The notes under the pieces were generated by a model. That model searched no databases. It worked only from the letters and a program-made list of their open reading frames with translations, and was not told the origin of the DNA. From the NCBI RefSeq assembly GCF_024521635.1, contig NW_026250403.1, forward strand, positions 1,984,001-2,048,000: a DNA stretch of 64,000 bases, given 5' to 3'. Positions 26,001 through 38,853 of the stretch are shown piece by piece. The DNA comes from Tricharina praecox (lineage: Eukaryota). The number at the start of each line of letters is the position of its first letter. Within the stretch, counting starts at the first letter, position 1. A program made the translations under genes and the position numbers.

Positions 26001-29000
26001 ATGTGATATGTCAATACCCGCCGGCACGGGGGCTCCCGCCGCTTGACATCACCTCACGGGCGGTGTGTACACAAAAGGATGGTAGTATGTATGTAGCCCC
26101 GTGGTGGCTCGTGGAGGAGAGGGGGAGGCTGCGTTCGTCCGTTCGTTTGTTCCTTCGTGCGTGCTGGTGATGATGATAATAATGCTGACGGCCGGTGGTA
26201 TAACTGATATAACTGATATAACGTTACTCAAGATCTGAGGGGCGCCCGCCGCTCACCGCCCGCGGCACGGATTATCAGGGTTCACCGTTCGACGAATGCT
26301 ATGTACTATTTCCACCTGCTCGCCGCCGCAGGCCCGCATCGTCCGAGATTGCCGCTGCTGTCGGATGCTGAGTACTGCGAGCGAGTGTGTGTGTGTGTGG
26401 GCTCCCGCGCTCAGCTAGCCAGTCGGCCAGGGCGAGCAAATCACCGCCGCCGAGTTTGCCCCACAGGCCTACATACCTACATGGCTGGTTTTTAGGCCTG
26501 ATGTCGACCACACACCTCGGATGGACCGCGGGTAGCTGCAGCTTTCGACTACATAGAGTACGATGAGATGGAACACATACACGAACAAGTACGCGGTCAA
26601 CCTTCGATGGATTATTGGTGCCCTACGATTCGGATCTCCCACTCCCCACCCCCGTGATGTGTCTGCCTCATCTCCGGATACCTACCAGCTGCACGTCCGT
26701 TGTAACTACATACTTAGGGGGCCATGATCCGCCCGGCGCCCACAGGTATGTATGTACATATGTAAGTACCTGCAAACGCCAATCATCCTCTCGAGGTAAC
26801 GACATGACATGACATGACATGACTGACGGATGAAGTCACGAAGGAATCAGGGAGGAATAGGCAGGTAAGTAAGTAATTAGCAGATTCGCACATCCGAAGC
26901 AAACCCACCAGCTGATGATCGTGCTCCCTACGAACGTACCTACGTGACGACGCAGGAGCCCGTCGGATGTCGTGGAGTTTCACAAAATCACAGAATCACA
27001 GCTGTCATCGTCAAAACATGTGTTGGGGCGACACGTAACTAACAGAATCAGGCCCCTCCGTCAGAGTAAGCTGTAACGTAATGTAACGAAGTACTTACCT
27101 CATACTCTATTAACAACTCTGGAAGTAGTGTACACTACACGGAAGGTCCAAGAACAGGCGCGCTGTTGGATTTACATACCGGTACGAGCGGACGTCACTA
27201 TTATTCTGTGCGCTTTTTCTCTCTTTCCTCTTTCAGAAGGCAATAGACCACTTGTTCCAGACTACCAGAGTACCTAAATAAGTACCCACGATACATGGTA
27301 ACTAAGAATCTACATAGGGTAGTAACTACCACGGACCCAATGCGCTGATCGTTCTCATGCGGCACGAGATCCCCACAGTATTTATGTATGTACATACCGG
27401 TAAGTATCCAAGTATGTATAAGTACCCGCCACCTACCAGTTATATATCTCTTTCATTTCCAACAGGTTCTTGAGTCCATATAGTTACCCACCGGTACATA
27501 CTCCACCATTGCGAACGGGTCGGGTATGGATTTTGTTGTACCTATTATACCGGTACATATTAGAGTATGTACCATCCGACGAACCCGACAGCACAGAATC
27601 ACTTTTTTTCTTTCGGGAGAGATGGTCACGATCGCGTACCCGACGCAGCGGTTCTGGCGCTGCAGCAGCAGCATCATGTCCGATTCTAATCACTATGAAC
27701 TATAACTAGCCCACCCATGCATCCGGGAACCACACCACAACCACAACATGTTGGGTTGGCTCGAAATAATTTTTTTTGTTGCATGACACGTGGCACATGA
27801 ACAGCAAGACCAAAGCAGGCTGCCAGCGACAGCGAAGCATCGTCGGATGGAGAGAGCGAGAGCGAAGCAACGAAGGAAAGAAAAAGAAAAAATTCCAATC
27901 CGATTCTGCCGTGTGTCGTGTGCCTGACGAAAGGCTGCCGAGTTTCGCACAAAACTGCGTGGGCGCGGCCAATCACTTGTCCGCTTGCTCGTTCCCGTTT
28001 CTGGTTTCTTGCTTTTTGCATGGCCGGCCCTGAGTTTGTAGCACCTTGCAGGCATCATTTCGTTTCGTTCGTTTCGCTGTTGCTGTTGCCCGTCCGCCCG
28101 GGCCGGCCGGGAGTTTTCGTGATTGGCTCATGAGTACATGACAGCGTTCGGCTGATTGAGGAGAGTACAAACAGCCGTCTTAGGAGGTCTGGCTGGCTGC
28201 CGTTAGTTACCAACTTACCAGGCTACTTCCGAGTTGAAGCCCCAAACCAGACTCTGACGAGCTGGAAACACACACACTCAGAGTGCTGTGATTATGGCCA
28301 AAGCGGACTATGTAACCAAAACCTTCACGAGGTATGTAACGCATCGAGTCACTGCCGGTGCTCCAGTACCTGTAACCAGGGGATTGCCGAGTACCTATGA
28401 AACCGTGTGCCTACAACTTATTCCATACGGGAACGGCTTCTTCTTCTGGAGTCCGGGGGAAGGTCTACCGTCTGCGACAGGACGGACCATCGAGATCGTT
28501 CTCGCTGACACCTTGAACACCCTCTCGCGAATCTTGGATGAGCTGTCCCAGTATGTAATCCCGGTGAATGTGTGTCCATGTAGGTACGATACTTGTCTGG
28601 GGCGGGGGACATCACAGCCTGCCTGCCTATGTATGTAGATACATACGTGGGCAAAAGAAACGCGTGTCGGCCCCACAGTCCCCAGTCCCCAGTCCCTGCA
28701 CACAACCATCATTCTCTTCTTTTTTTCTTCTGGTCGCTTCTAGACTCGAATCTCTCTCTTCTCCTGCCATCTTCTGGAAACGGTTTGGCCTAGCCGGTCT
28801 CTGGCTCCGCCCTCCGGAAGAGTGTGTGCATACCCGCATACCTACCTACAGTGACAGCTTTGACGGCCCGAGAGAGAGAGGCGATGATGTGGCAAGCAAT
28901 TGGAAAGCACACGGCACGAAAACAACGTGGTGCTTGTCGGAGTTGCGCATCATTCTCGAGATTCCACTCGCCTCGCCGCAGCCTCAATTGAAGCGTACCT

Positions 29001-29337
29001 ATCCTCGGTGGGCCGGACCGTGTTCAGCTGATTGAGACGATCATCGGACGAAGTTTTTGTTGTCATCGACACGGATATCCAGCAGGCTCGGGCAACATAC
29101 CACCGGATCGAGATGAGGGGAAGTTGGCGGGAATGGACACGTCAATGCGAGCACATGACCTGGTTTGCATGATATGTCACTCGACACTAGCCTCACCGAA
29201 TCGAGCTTGATTCGGATTTGCTGTATGTACTATGATACAAATGTCCCCCATTGCGCGCAAAAACGACGGTATATGCTGCAGCATGTCTTTCCCACAGATG
29301 AAATCTCTATGCACATCGTTATCCGTAATCCAACCAC

Positions 29338-30377
29338 CTATTCTTCGCGGACTCTGTTGCATCCATCAGCTGCTGCTTCACATAACCATCCGTGCAGAGG
29401 GAGGGGTACGAACCGGTACACATATTTCGTAGCACTCGCTTTGCCCTCGCTCAGCAGTTTCATTCCCTTATCGACGCCCTCGAGCCCGCCCTCAATGATG
29501 GTCTGCGGGTGTCCGGAGAACCTTCCATCCGCCATCGCCCTCGCAAAGAACCTAAACATGGCATGTCCAAAATCCATCGCATCCGGCGCCACCGGCATTC
29601 CGGCGGGGCCGGACGTGGCCTTGTGCACTGCCGAAACCATCACAACCTTCATCTCGACATCCTCGGGGAAGTCCGTGTACTCCTTCCCAGGGAGCACGGT
29701 AACGATCGTACATCCCGGCTTCGCGAGCACCTCGCCCAGTGTGGTGTACGACTCGGTCTCCGAGATCGCGTCGATAGCGTGGTAGCACTTCTCGCCGCCG
29801 AGGGCCTCACGCAGCGCAGCGGCCACGTTCCCCTCGCGGTAATCAACGATCTTGTCTGGGCCGAGCGACTTTACGTAGGGGATGCCGCTGCCAGCCACGG
29901 CAATGATCGGGCCGATATTCGCCAGCTTGGCAAGCTTGATAGCGAACGCGCCGACGGCGGTGGAGCCGCCGTAGATGATGAGCGGGATGCGCTTCGTGGC
30001 TGGCTTCCACGGCGTGGGCAGGCCGAGCTCGATGTGCAGCGCGAGCGCGCTCGTCATCGCCGCTAGCGGCACCGTTGCCGCTTCCTCGAAACTCGTCGTC
30101 GACGCGATGTGGAACGTCGTGTGCGCCGGCGCGATCGCGTACTCCGCGTAGCTGCCGTGCGGCTGCATCATCTCGTGGAAGGCCGCGACGCGGTCGCCTT
30201 TCTTGAATCTGGAGGCGGTCAGCCAGAAGAGCGTGGGAGGTGCGGGAGGTGCGGGAGGATAGGCTCACTCGTAGACGTCGGCGCCAACCGCTTCGACGTA
30301 GCCCGCGATGTCGTCGCCTTGGTTCAGTTCTACGCCGTATGCGGGGAGCTGGTCTGTTATTTTCTGGATGGATGCCG

Positions 30378-30410
<33 letters not shown>

Positions 30411-30636
30411 GAGGCGCTCAGGACTCACCTTCCAATCCTTCGGGTTGCTGGCCGTGCACATGACCTTAATCAGGACTTCATCGCGAGCTGGCTGGCTGTG
30501 ACGACGGATCAATCAATCAATCAGCGTCGGTCATCATCATCATCGTGGCTCGGGGGAGGTTTGGATAGACTCACGGAACCGCCACCTCAACAATCTCGGC
30601 ACGAATGGGGTTTCCGCGAACAATTACTTCCTTCAT
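29338..30636 (-). CDS. Medium-chain dehydrogenase/reductase (enoyl-reductase-like, GroES-like + NAD(P)-binding); 5 exons (30636-30575, 30495-30429, 30348 or 30363-30269, 30208-29414, 29353-29338), ~339 aa
   Basis: Motifs EVLIKVMCTASNPKDWK, NQGDDIAGYVEAVG, FKKGDRVAAFHEM, HGSYAEYAIAPAHTTFHI, SFEEAATVPLAAMTSAL, IIYGGSTAVGAFAIKLAK and GKASATKYVYR. Four short introns join in frame. A TATATA lies about 65 bp upstream. Confidence 0.92.
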
Positions 30637-31845
30637 TATGTGATATGGTAGTGGTGTGTATGTATGTGTATAGGGACTTCGATGATCGAGTGAATGTCTA
30701 TATAGGTACCTCGACTCGCGAGCGCGGGAGGCATAGATGCCGGAACACTAATTTTTCAAGCTAACTATGACGTATTTCGGCGATTTCAAAGCAAGTAACA
30801 CATGGATACTTTTTCTCGGAACTCCGGTGACAGGTATGAGGTCGGTTGTAGGTATTCCGGATCAAAGATGGGAGCTGAGCTGACGAGCTGGATTGCGAAA
30901 ATTGTTGTGTATATACGCTGGGACAGTGGGTTTCTCGCGATGTACGACGTGGGAGTCAATGGTTGTAGAAGACATAGCAACAAGTAAATGCGATTGATTA
31001 GTGATCTTGTGCTATTCATTAGTTCTCAAATACCATTCTACTCGTCCTACCAACTCATTCCATGATCTATCAGTGTTATTCTCCTTCACCCACGAAGGAA
31101 GTATGGTATGGATGCACCAACTTGACAACTTCAAGCCCCCCTCCGAGTCGGAGAAATTCCTCATCCGATGATTCGAAATCGGCGGGCAGCGGGCTTGGAT
31201 CTCGGGTCCTGGCCTTTCAGCTTCGCTTCGACCAGTTTCCTCAACGACCTAACCAGATGGAACTCAGCTTCGCGTACCGACTTATCGGTGAGATGAGCAC
31301 ATATGGCCTTTCGGTGTTCCCAGAACGGAACGGATTAATCAGTGTGGCGAACTCCATCTCGCGTTATATAGGGTACATATGCCGTCTTCTCGAGTTTCGA
31401 CCATTGATATGTATAACTAGGATATCTGTAGTAGATACTGTCTGCAGTACAGCAGAAGTGCCTCGGCATCGAATACCCACGCCTCTGCTCTACCAGGTAC
31501 CTACCTGTAGATCATAGAGTAGGTACCTACATGATGCACTGCGCCCCGCACTTGCGGATACATATCCGGATTCCGGATTCCGGAACTTAATTGAGAATTC
31601 GAGGTGGACATCAGTTCTCCCATCCGCGAATCGGAAATTGGGAATTGGAAATCGGAAATCAGATCTTCTTCTAGAGTCGTAAGACAGCTTGGACAGCTTA
31701 GATAGCTTGGACAGCTTGGAAAGGTACTGTGGGTTCGTGCTAACAACCTAAAGGCTAACACATCATTCATGTTATGTTTCTTGCGAAGAGCAACTGTGCC
31801 GGCGACGTGATCGTTCGTGATCCAATTGTACTACCTACCAGGTAG

Positions 31846-31892
31846 AGAGAGAGAGAGAGATCTTCAATTTATTTTGCATGCAGAAAGATGAA
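31846..31892 (-). mobile_element. 47-bp 3'-terminal stub of a non-LTR retrotransposon with 13-bp target-site duplication
   Basis: (GA)n-GATCTTCAATTTATTTTGCATGCAG resembles the type-A LINE tails at 43258 and 43804. It is flanked by the perfect direct repeat ACCTACCAGGTAG at 31833-31845 and 31893-31905. Confidence 0.75.
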
Positions 31893-34800
31893 ACCTACCA
31901 GGTAGGTAGATAGTACATACGCGTCGAGGTTGATGTATCATACCCAATACTTTTCGGTTTGGTCGTGCAGACGTTCGTGAGGTAGAGAAGATCACTGCCC
32001 TATTCTCGGAGCCGCCTTTGAGAAGATATTACCTACACATTTGGTCCGGCGACAAGAGGTTGAACGGCTGGCCGCATCTTATTTTTCCGATATTCATCTC
32101 AACTTTTTCTGCGTGGAGGATATCGCGGCCACACATCACACATCCGGACTGAATAACTACCGACTTCTTCTCCGGACTCGCGGCGGAGAGTTGGAGTGTT
32201 GGTTGGTGTTTTTTTCGTCGACACCGGCCCGAACACATTGATGAGAGGGTGTGTTTTTCCGTCTTGAGGGATAGCCGGATCACGATATTTTGCTCGGGGG
32301 CGATGAAGAGGACGGGAGGGGGTTTTCCACGGGCTTATGCGGGATCCAGGGGGGCACAGGAGGTTTGGTATCACGTTATGTAGAGTACTCTATGTATTTA
32401 TGTACGGGCGGCGAGTTGTCCAATGTTGATTCTTTCTTCACGGAGCGATTGTAGGTAAACCAAGTGCGGTATGAAAGAGAGTGTGCGGTGTTGAGCTTCA
32501 TGCATACCTAGAATAGGTATCGTTACTGGTATTGCTGTACATAACTTAATACATAGAACGGTGTACAATGTGCATACGTCGGGGTCCCTGAAAAGCTGTG
32601 AGCCTGCTGTGTTGGATATTCCGAAGCCTGGCCTGGACGCTTTTGGTCATAGCCCATGAGCCCGGCGAACGGTAGCAATTGGCGAAGAATTTCAAAATCC
32701 GGGAATATAAAGCTGCAGGAGGTCAGTTGCGGAAGAAGCACCAAGTCTTGGGGTGCCAGGGTTTGCAGAACTATCGTTTTGTTCAAGCTTCTCCGCGTTT
32801 TGGCTATTCGCTTCAGCCTTCGGGGACTTGGCACGGAGATTCGAATCCACCGATTGTCCATTGCTCCAATTCACCCGTGGCCGGCTTGGTCAGTGGCGTT
32901 TGAGAATCGGACCTTTCAAGGAGCACCGGACTAGAGACGTGCATCCATTAGTATCACTTTAAAGCCGTGAGAGAGTCAGCGGACCACCTATTGCACCCCG
33001 ATCACTCGCGTCAAGCAAGCCACCAAACGAAGCCAATGCTCATTACATAGTGCGTCGGCTTCGAGTATGTGACACACCCAAAAGCATACAAGAAACACTA
33101 TCCACCTGTAATCTGCTATACACGCTTACCAAGCCGGTTTGGGGATTGGTGGGTTAATTCCGGAGAACGCCACTTTGCTGAAAATCGGAGACTCCGTTAT
33201 ATATTGCAAATGTGGTCCGTGGACGAGCAATACGTATGTAAGTACGGAAACATCGTCGCAGAGAGCCATCCTCGAGTGAGAGAGAGAAGCAAGAGAGAAC
33301 GCCACGACGAAGATCGCAATGATGGCTGCCCTGACGCCGATAGTACCAGTACGTATGATGACTGCCCCTGCCGACGCCGATCATTCCGCTACTAGAGTAG
33401 CTGTGATTTAGCCGAATGCTAACTCGATATCGGAAGCGCTGATAGAGTGTGTTTCGTTTCTATCGCGCGAGTCCCGCCCCGTCCCCCCTGCCAATTGCCT
33501 TCGGCGCCACAAGTCATCTCTATCCTTGAAGAGTGGCAAAGTTAGCGTCTTGGACTGCCCGTGTGGTCTTACCTAGACCGTGATAGATGTTGGAGGGACA
33601 GCCACATGGGAGGATTCTTTTGTTTTTTCAGTTTCTTCAGATTGCGTACGGCATATAGGTATCGAATCTATAGATCACGGCAAATTCATAATCCTATCTG
33701 CAGTGCAGTTCGGATGCATACCAGCTCGATGCAACGATCTGGAGTATTTCTCCGCCACCACTTATGCACACATGGCCAAGATGGCGCCAATGAAAATGCG
33801 AGATCAGGTCATATGGGTTGAGCAGGAACGGCGGCGGGTTTTTTCCCCATCATACGATCGCGAGTGAATCATGGACATTTACTCGCCTATACACATTCGG
33901 TCTAGTGCTAGTTACTCGGATGATGTTCACTCACTAGCAGGATCAAACATCGCACCACACAGCCGATCTCAGAACGTATGGTACACAGCGGGAGGTGCCT
34001 TATGCAGTGGAGGTACTATGCTTTACCTACTCTATCTAAGCTTTAATAAACTCCCATTCCGCATGAGATGCATTCGTACGTACATATCATACTGTGCAGC
34101 TGGCGAAAATGGGTAACTGTGTGTGTTTGATGGTGACAGGAAGACGGCGGGAACCGAAAGCAAACGAAAGCCTTGATCTCGCAGGTCTTCCGTCTTCCGT
34201 TACGACGGTGAAACCTGCGAGAATCGCGGAGATTTCTCCGGAAGTAGAAGGCATTCACCGTGGATGGCTGACACCGACGCTCCGTACTTTGGAGTTCTTC
34301 ACGAACTCCAGGCCATCGTTTCCTGGGATGATGGAAGAACCCGCGCCTCCCACGTGGGAATCCCTCGCCAAGGGCGGTGCTGAGCCAATCAGTGCCGTCC
34401 CATCAGTGCCACGCTTTCGACATGGCCTTAGTCGAAGCCGCTCTTGACAGGGGCGCTGCTTGCCATCGACAATCGAGAGCATCTCGAGCGTCTCCTGCAG
34501 AGATCTTGAATCGCCATCCGTTCCACATGTAACTTTGTAGTCTACTACGTATTTGCAACTACCGCTAGTGTGTAGCTTGGTACTGGCCATAGGGATCCGA
34601 GCGGCGGCGGTGGCGGGCGGTGGCAAGACTTTTCGGCAAAGAAGAATCCACCGAAAATCCACAAGTCGTTACACCACTACCAAGTACTCTGGATACATGC
34701 ATACATAATGGCAGCGCCGAAACGTCTGGCCCCTCCCCCCAAGCAATCGGTGGCTCGGCCGCTTCGCAGCTAATGGAACCGCCAATCGTAAGCAGGCTTG

Positions 34801-35308
34801 GGATAGACTTTCGATGCCGCGTGGAGATCAACAGCTCTCACACGCGGTGTAACACGAATCCAACCTCCGGAGGTTCCACAGCACTATGTAAGCGTTCGCC
34901 TCGAAAGCTCTTCCTTCATCCTGCTTTCATGGTGTGTCGTCGTAGGTACTATGATACCTAGTACTAGTAGTAGCATGGAGGAGCGTAGTGGAGCTATGTG
35001 AGTTACGTACCTACAGAGTACTGGTACATAAGCACTGATGGTCGTGGGCGATACTATTACCATACTCCACGTTTCGATCTCAAAAGCGCTTTGACATCAA
35101 ATAGAGCCCACTTCGGAAAGAGTTCTCCTTCAGGAAAGTCGGCGAACACAGAGTCTTTCACCCCGCTCCGAGTCTAACTGCCGCTGAAAGTCTTGATGCT
35201 CCCTCGAGCATCCGGGGAAAAGGCGTGGCTCTATGCACCAATCAACGCTGCTACTGCTGCTGGGAATCCCTGCATGTCAAATGCAACAAATGGTTGGGGG
35301 TTAAGATA

Positions 35309-36961
35309 CAGTAGCAAAAAGTGGGGTGCGACTCCTTCCGCAGGTCATGAGTAGAACCACCGTATAGGTAGAAACCTGGCAGTTTTCCGAAAATACAGAT
35401 GTATTTTGAAATTTCTTTCTTCCCATAGTCCCACCTCTACGGTATCGAAAATCTTTACGTAGGGTTGTAAAGATATGCATACCAAAAAGTAGGAAGAACC
35501 ACTGCAGTTCTTCCAGACGCAAAATCTTACGTGATGTCGGGAATACCAGAGACATGCCAGAAAACTACCTTGTATGCACAACAACGTAGTGTAGAGAGCA
35601 CCGTTTTCATGTCAACCAAATGGTCCCTGGACTGTAGTAAAACTACAACTACAAGAGATCCACGGAAGAAATGCGTAGAAACCCTCTGGCTTCAAAAAAA
35701 CACGTACTGTGGATAAGACGTGTTGTACGCAAGCAAAAATGTACGACATTCTGGCAGTTTTCAGATATTACTACTACTATCACTACTATTACTACTATTA
35801 CTACTGCTACTACTACTAGTACTGCTACTTTCGATTACTGTAGGCGGCCCGTGCTTCCAATCGAAGCACCTGCCAATTGACCTGGGTAGCGCGCTGGCCT
35901 AGCCGCAGATGGCACACTGTCTTCGCTGCAAATAATCCGCTGGCATTGCTGTTGTGGCTGAGTGATGGAGGAGCTGTTGGGAAGAGAAAGAGCTATCAGT
36001 GAGGGGAAGAGCAGTGATCAGCGAGGGGGGAGGGCTATCAGCGAGAAGGGAGAGTTGAATAAGTTGTCAGCTAGGAGGAGTTGTTAGTGAGGAGGACTTA
36101 CCAGCGAGGAGGAGTTGTCTAAGGGGAAGAATTGATGGAGAAGCTATCAGGAAAGAGGAGTGGTAAGCGAGGAGGACTTGTCAGTGAGGAGGAGTTGCGG
36201 GGGGAGTGGGAGTAGGATTGCGGCGGCAGGAGGAGTTGTGATGATGATGCAAAGAAAAAGAAGAGGGGAGGAGCTGCGGCGGGGGAGCAGATGGGCGAGG
36301 GAGGAGTTGTGATGATGATGAAAAGACGAAGAAGAAGAGTGGGAGCAGATGCGGCGAGGGAGGAGCTGCGATGATGATGCAAAGAAGAAGAAGAGGGGGA
36401 GCAGATGCGGCGAGGAAGGAGCTGTGGCGATGCAAGTCCGTTGTGAAATATCGCATTGTACGGACCCTAAAGTAGAGTGCTGGTAAGCACAGCAGTAAAT
36501 GCGTTATTCTAGGTACCGCATATCTCGAACCCCATGATACTCCAGAAGATCGTATTGTACGGACCCTAAGGGTACTGGTGAGTACCGGCCTCTACAAGCA
36601 CGGCAGTCTTTCAGTAGTGATATTGCAGACAACTGGTGAATATCACGTAGTACCATCGAAGTTAACCCAATAGGCAGTTTTGTTTACTATATGGTTCTAG
36701 AACAATGTAGGTTTTATATTTACGTATTTCACCGCAGATGTACTGCAACACTGAATAACTCTGGTTGTCTGTAGCAGACGTATTGTTTTTTGATACGTGA
36801 TGTGGGAAAGATGGTAGGCCTTTTTTCTATGTGGAAATACGTGCTGTCTGGTTCTTTTTAAAAAGTAAAAATACGGGTTAAGTAAAAACCTGGTAGTTCT
36901 TTGATATTGTGATAACTCTGGTATTTTTCAGGTAGTAATCGCACCCCACTTTTTGCTACTG
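35309..36961. mobile_element. 1.65-kb non-autonomous Tc1/mariner-like DNA transposon, same family as the MITE at 2152
   Basis: TA|CAGTAGCAAAAAGTGGGGTGCGA ... TCGCACCCCACTTTTTGCTACTG|TA is a perfect 23-bp TIR, one mismatch from the MITE TIR. The subterminal motif AAACCTGGTAGTTCTT (~36886) is shared with the MITE. No recognisable transposase ORF. Confidence 0.85.
35965..36430. repeat. Degenerate purine-rich minisatellite inside the TIR element
   Basis: Repeated GAGGAGGAGTTGTCAGC-like units, followed by about 3 copies of a ~70-bp unit GAGGAG(T/C)TG(T/C)GATGATGATG...AAGAAGA. Confidence 0.65.
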
Positions 36962-38853
36962 TAGTTACCGACTTACCGTGAACTGACACCCTCGCGCATC
37001 GGGGAACACGTAAGAAAATACCCCTTGCATATATCTAGTATACCGAGTGACCGGCGTAATTGGTTTGACTTCGACCATTCCGTCTCAAACCTCCCTCCCG
37101 TGTGACGATGTCTTTCCTCTAGGAAAAAGAAACAGAGTACAGTACATACTGGTACAGTAATCACTCCTTCCGAGACTGTCTGAGGCCATAGCGACCAAAG
37201 TGGAAGCGATTGGCAAGGTCCTTTTCGGATCTCGAAAAAAACCCCCCAAAAAATAAGCGGCTCAAGGTTACTAGGTAGATAAGTATTAGCGAGATGGCAG
37301 AATCGTGTCGGCTCAAGGACGGTATCCATCCCGATCGTAGTTCCGAAGCCATCGGGTTTGACCTTTCGGCTTGGAGCACGATCAAGACTCAGGGGCGGCC
37401 GGAGACGAGACGAGGAAAACAGCCCCTAGACGCGACGGGACCTTATTTTTCGGCAGAAAGGAAAAGGCCAGACCCAACTATCGTTATGATTCGAGGTGCG
37501 ACAGCCAAGCATCGGCCTGCAGATAAAACGTCGTCGCGTGACGCGATGGCAGCGGCTCCACTAGGTACATAAACTTACTCTAGCATCATACCTAGTGCGA
37601 CTGGAGATCTGTTTCTCCTGAGGTCGAGTCTCGACGCCTCTCATGTCATCTGTTCTCGGGACGGTGGGCAATGGGCATGTGCATTATTATTATATATGCA
37701 CAAACACATATATATCAGCGTCGCTCACAGTGTGCACTTACTTACCGAATGCACCGAGACCATGCAATTTCCGCGCGACTGCGTATCGAGTATGTTCCTG
37801 TGTCCATCAATTTGCCGCGTTCCCACTCTAGGTACCTACCGGTACTTTACCGGTACATACGTTGTAGGCCTGTTCGTAGCTATGTATGTCGGGCCTTGCG
37901 TGGGTAGCACATGCGAGAGCCGCGGCATCTCTGTATCGACTCTGCATAGATACCCGAAATCGGTACCGGTATGTCTCACAGGTACTAGTACTTCGGGCCA
38001 GTTGGCCCGGGTGACGGAACAATTGAGTCTTGGCGCCCGCACAACGCCCCGGCCCGCTCCCACAGATACTTCCTAACCGATGCGAAGGTAGTTCTCCTCG
38101 CGCCTGCTGCTTCTCAATAGTCGTGACTAATAGTACCTCGCGAGTGGTATGTACTCTCGCGTCGTCTGCTGTTATTTTCGATGGAATATGGTGTTGCTGT
38201 GGCGTGGTGGGCGTCCGAACGCAATGGAGTGGTGACGCGAAGACACGATTCGTTCTGCCGCCCATGATATGGTATTACTAGCAGTACTATTACACTAAAT
38301 ACTCGTCTGCTTTACAGACGCTACTGGTACGGTATCTACATGCCCGTCCGCTTTATATGTAGACGGTACCGACGCGGTACTATACATACGGTACTCGTCT
38401 GCTTTACGCACACGCGCCGATCCATGGTTTTGACGCCATCTCTGAGCAGTCCGCAGATAGAGCGGCCACATCCATGTCCCGAATCACGACGCTTCCAGGG
38501 TTGAAACTTCACACCAAACATCACCAATTACCCGACGGATCAGCCTCCAAGAACCCCTTTTGATCGGCTCCGGCCTTCGCCGGTCACGAAATTCATCAAC
38601 TAGGAAACTGGGTATCGTTTACCGTGAGAGCGAGGGCCTACTCTGCTCTACTAGTGGTAGCAGCAGCATGCTTAGCGTGCCCAGAACGCCAAATTTCTCC
38701 GGCGCAGTGTCGACTCCTCGCCACGATTCCTCAGGACCTCCTGCAGCTGCTATGCTCTTGGGTCCTTAAGAAGCAGATCCCCCCCACCCCCCTTCCCCAC
38801 GAGCTCTGCGAAACCTGGGATCCCGTTCATCGCATGATTCTGGAAGGATAAAA

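Noticed and set aside
32523-34961. Scattered 80-135-aa ORFs
   Set aside because: No recognisable motifs and no consistent exon chain.
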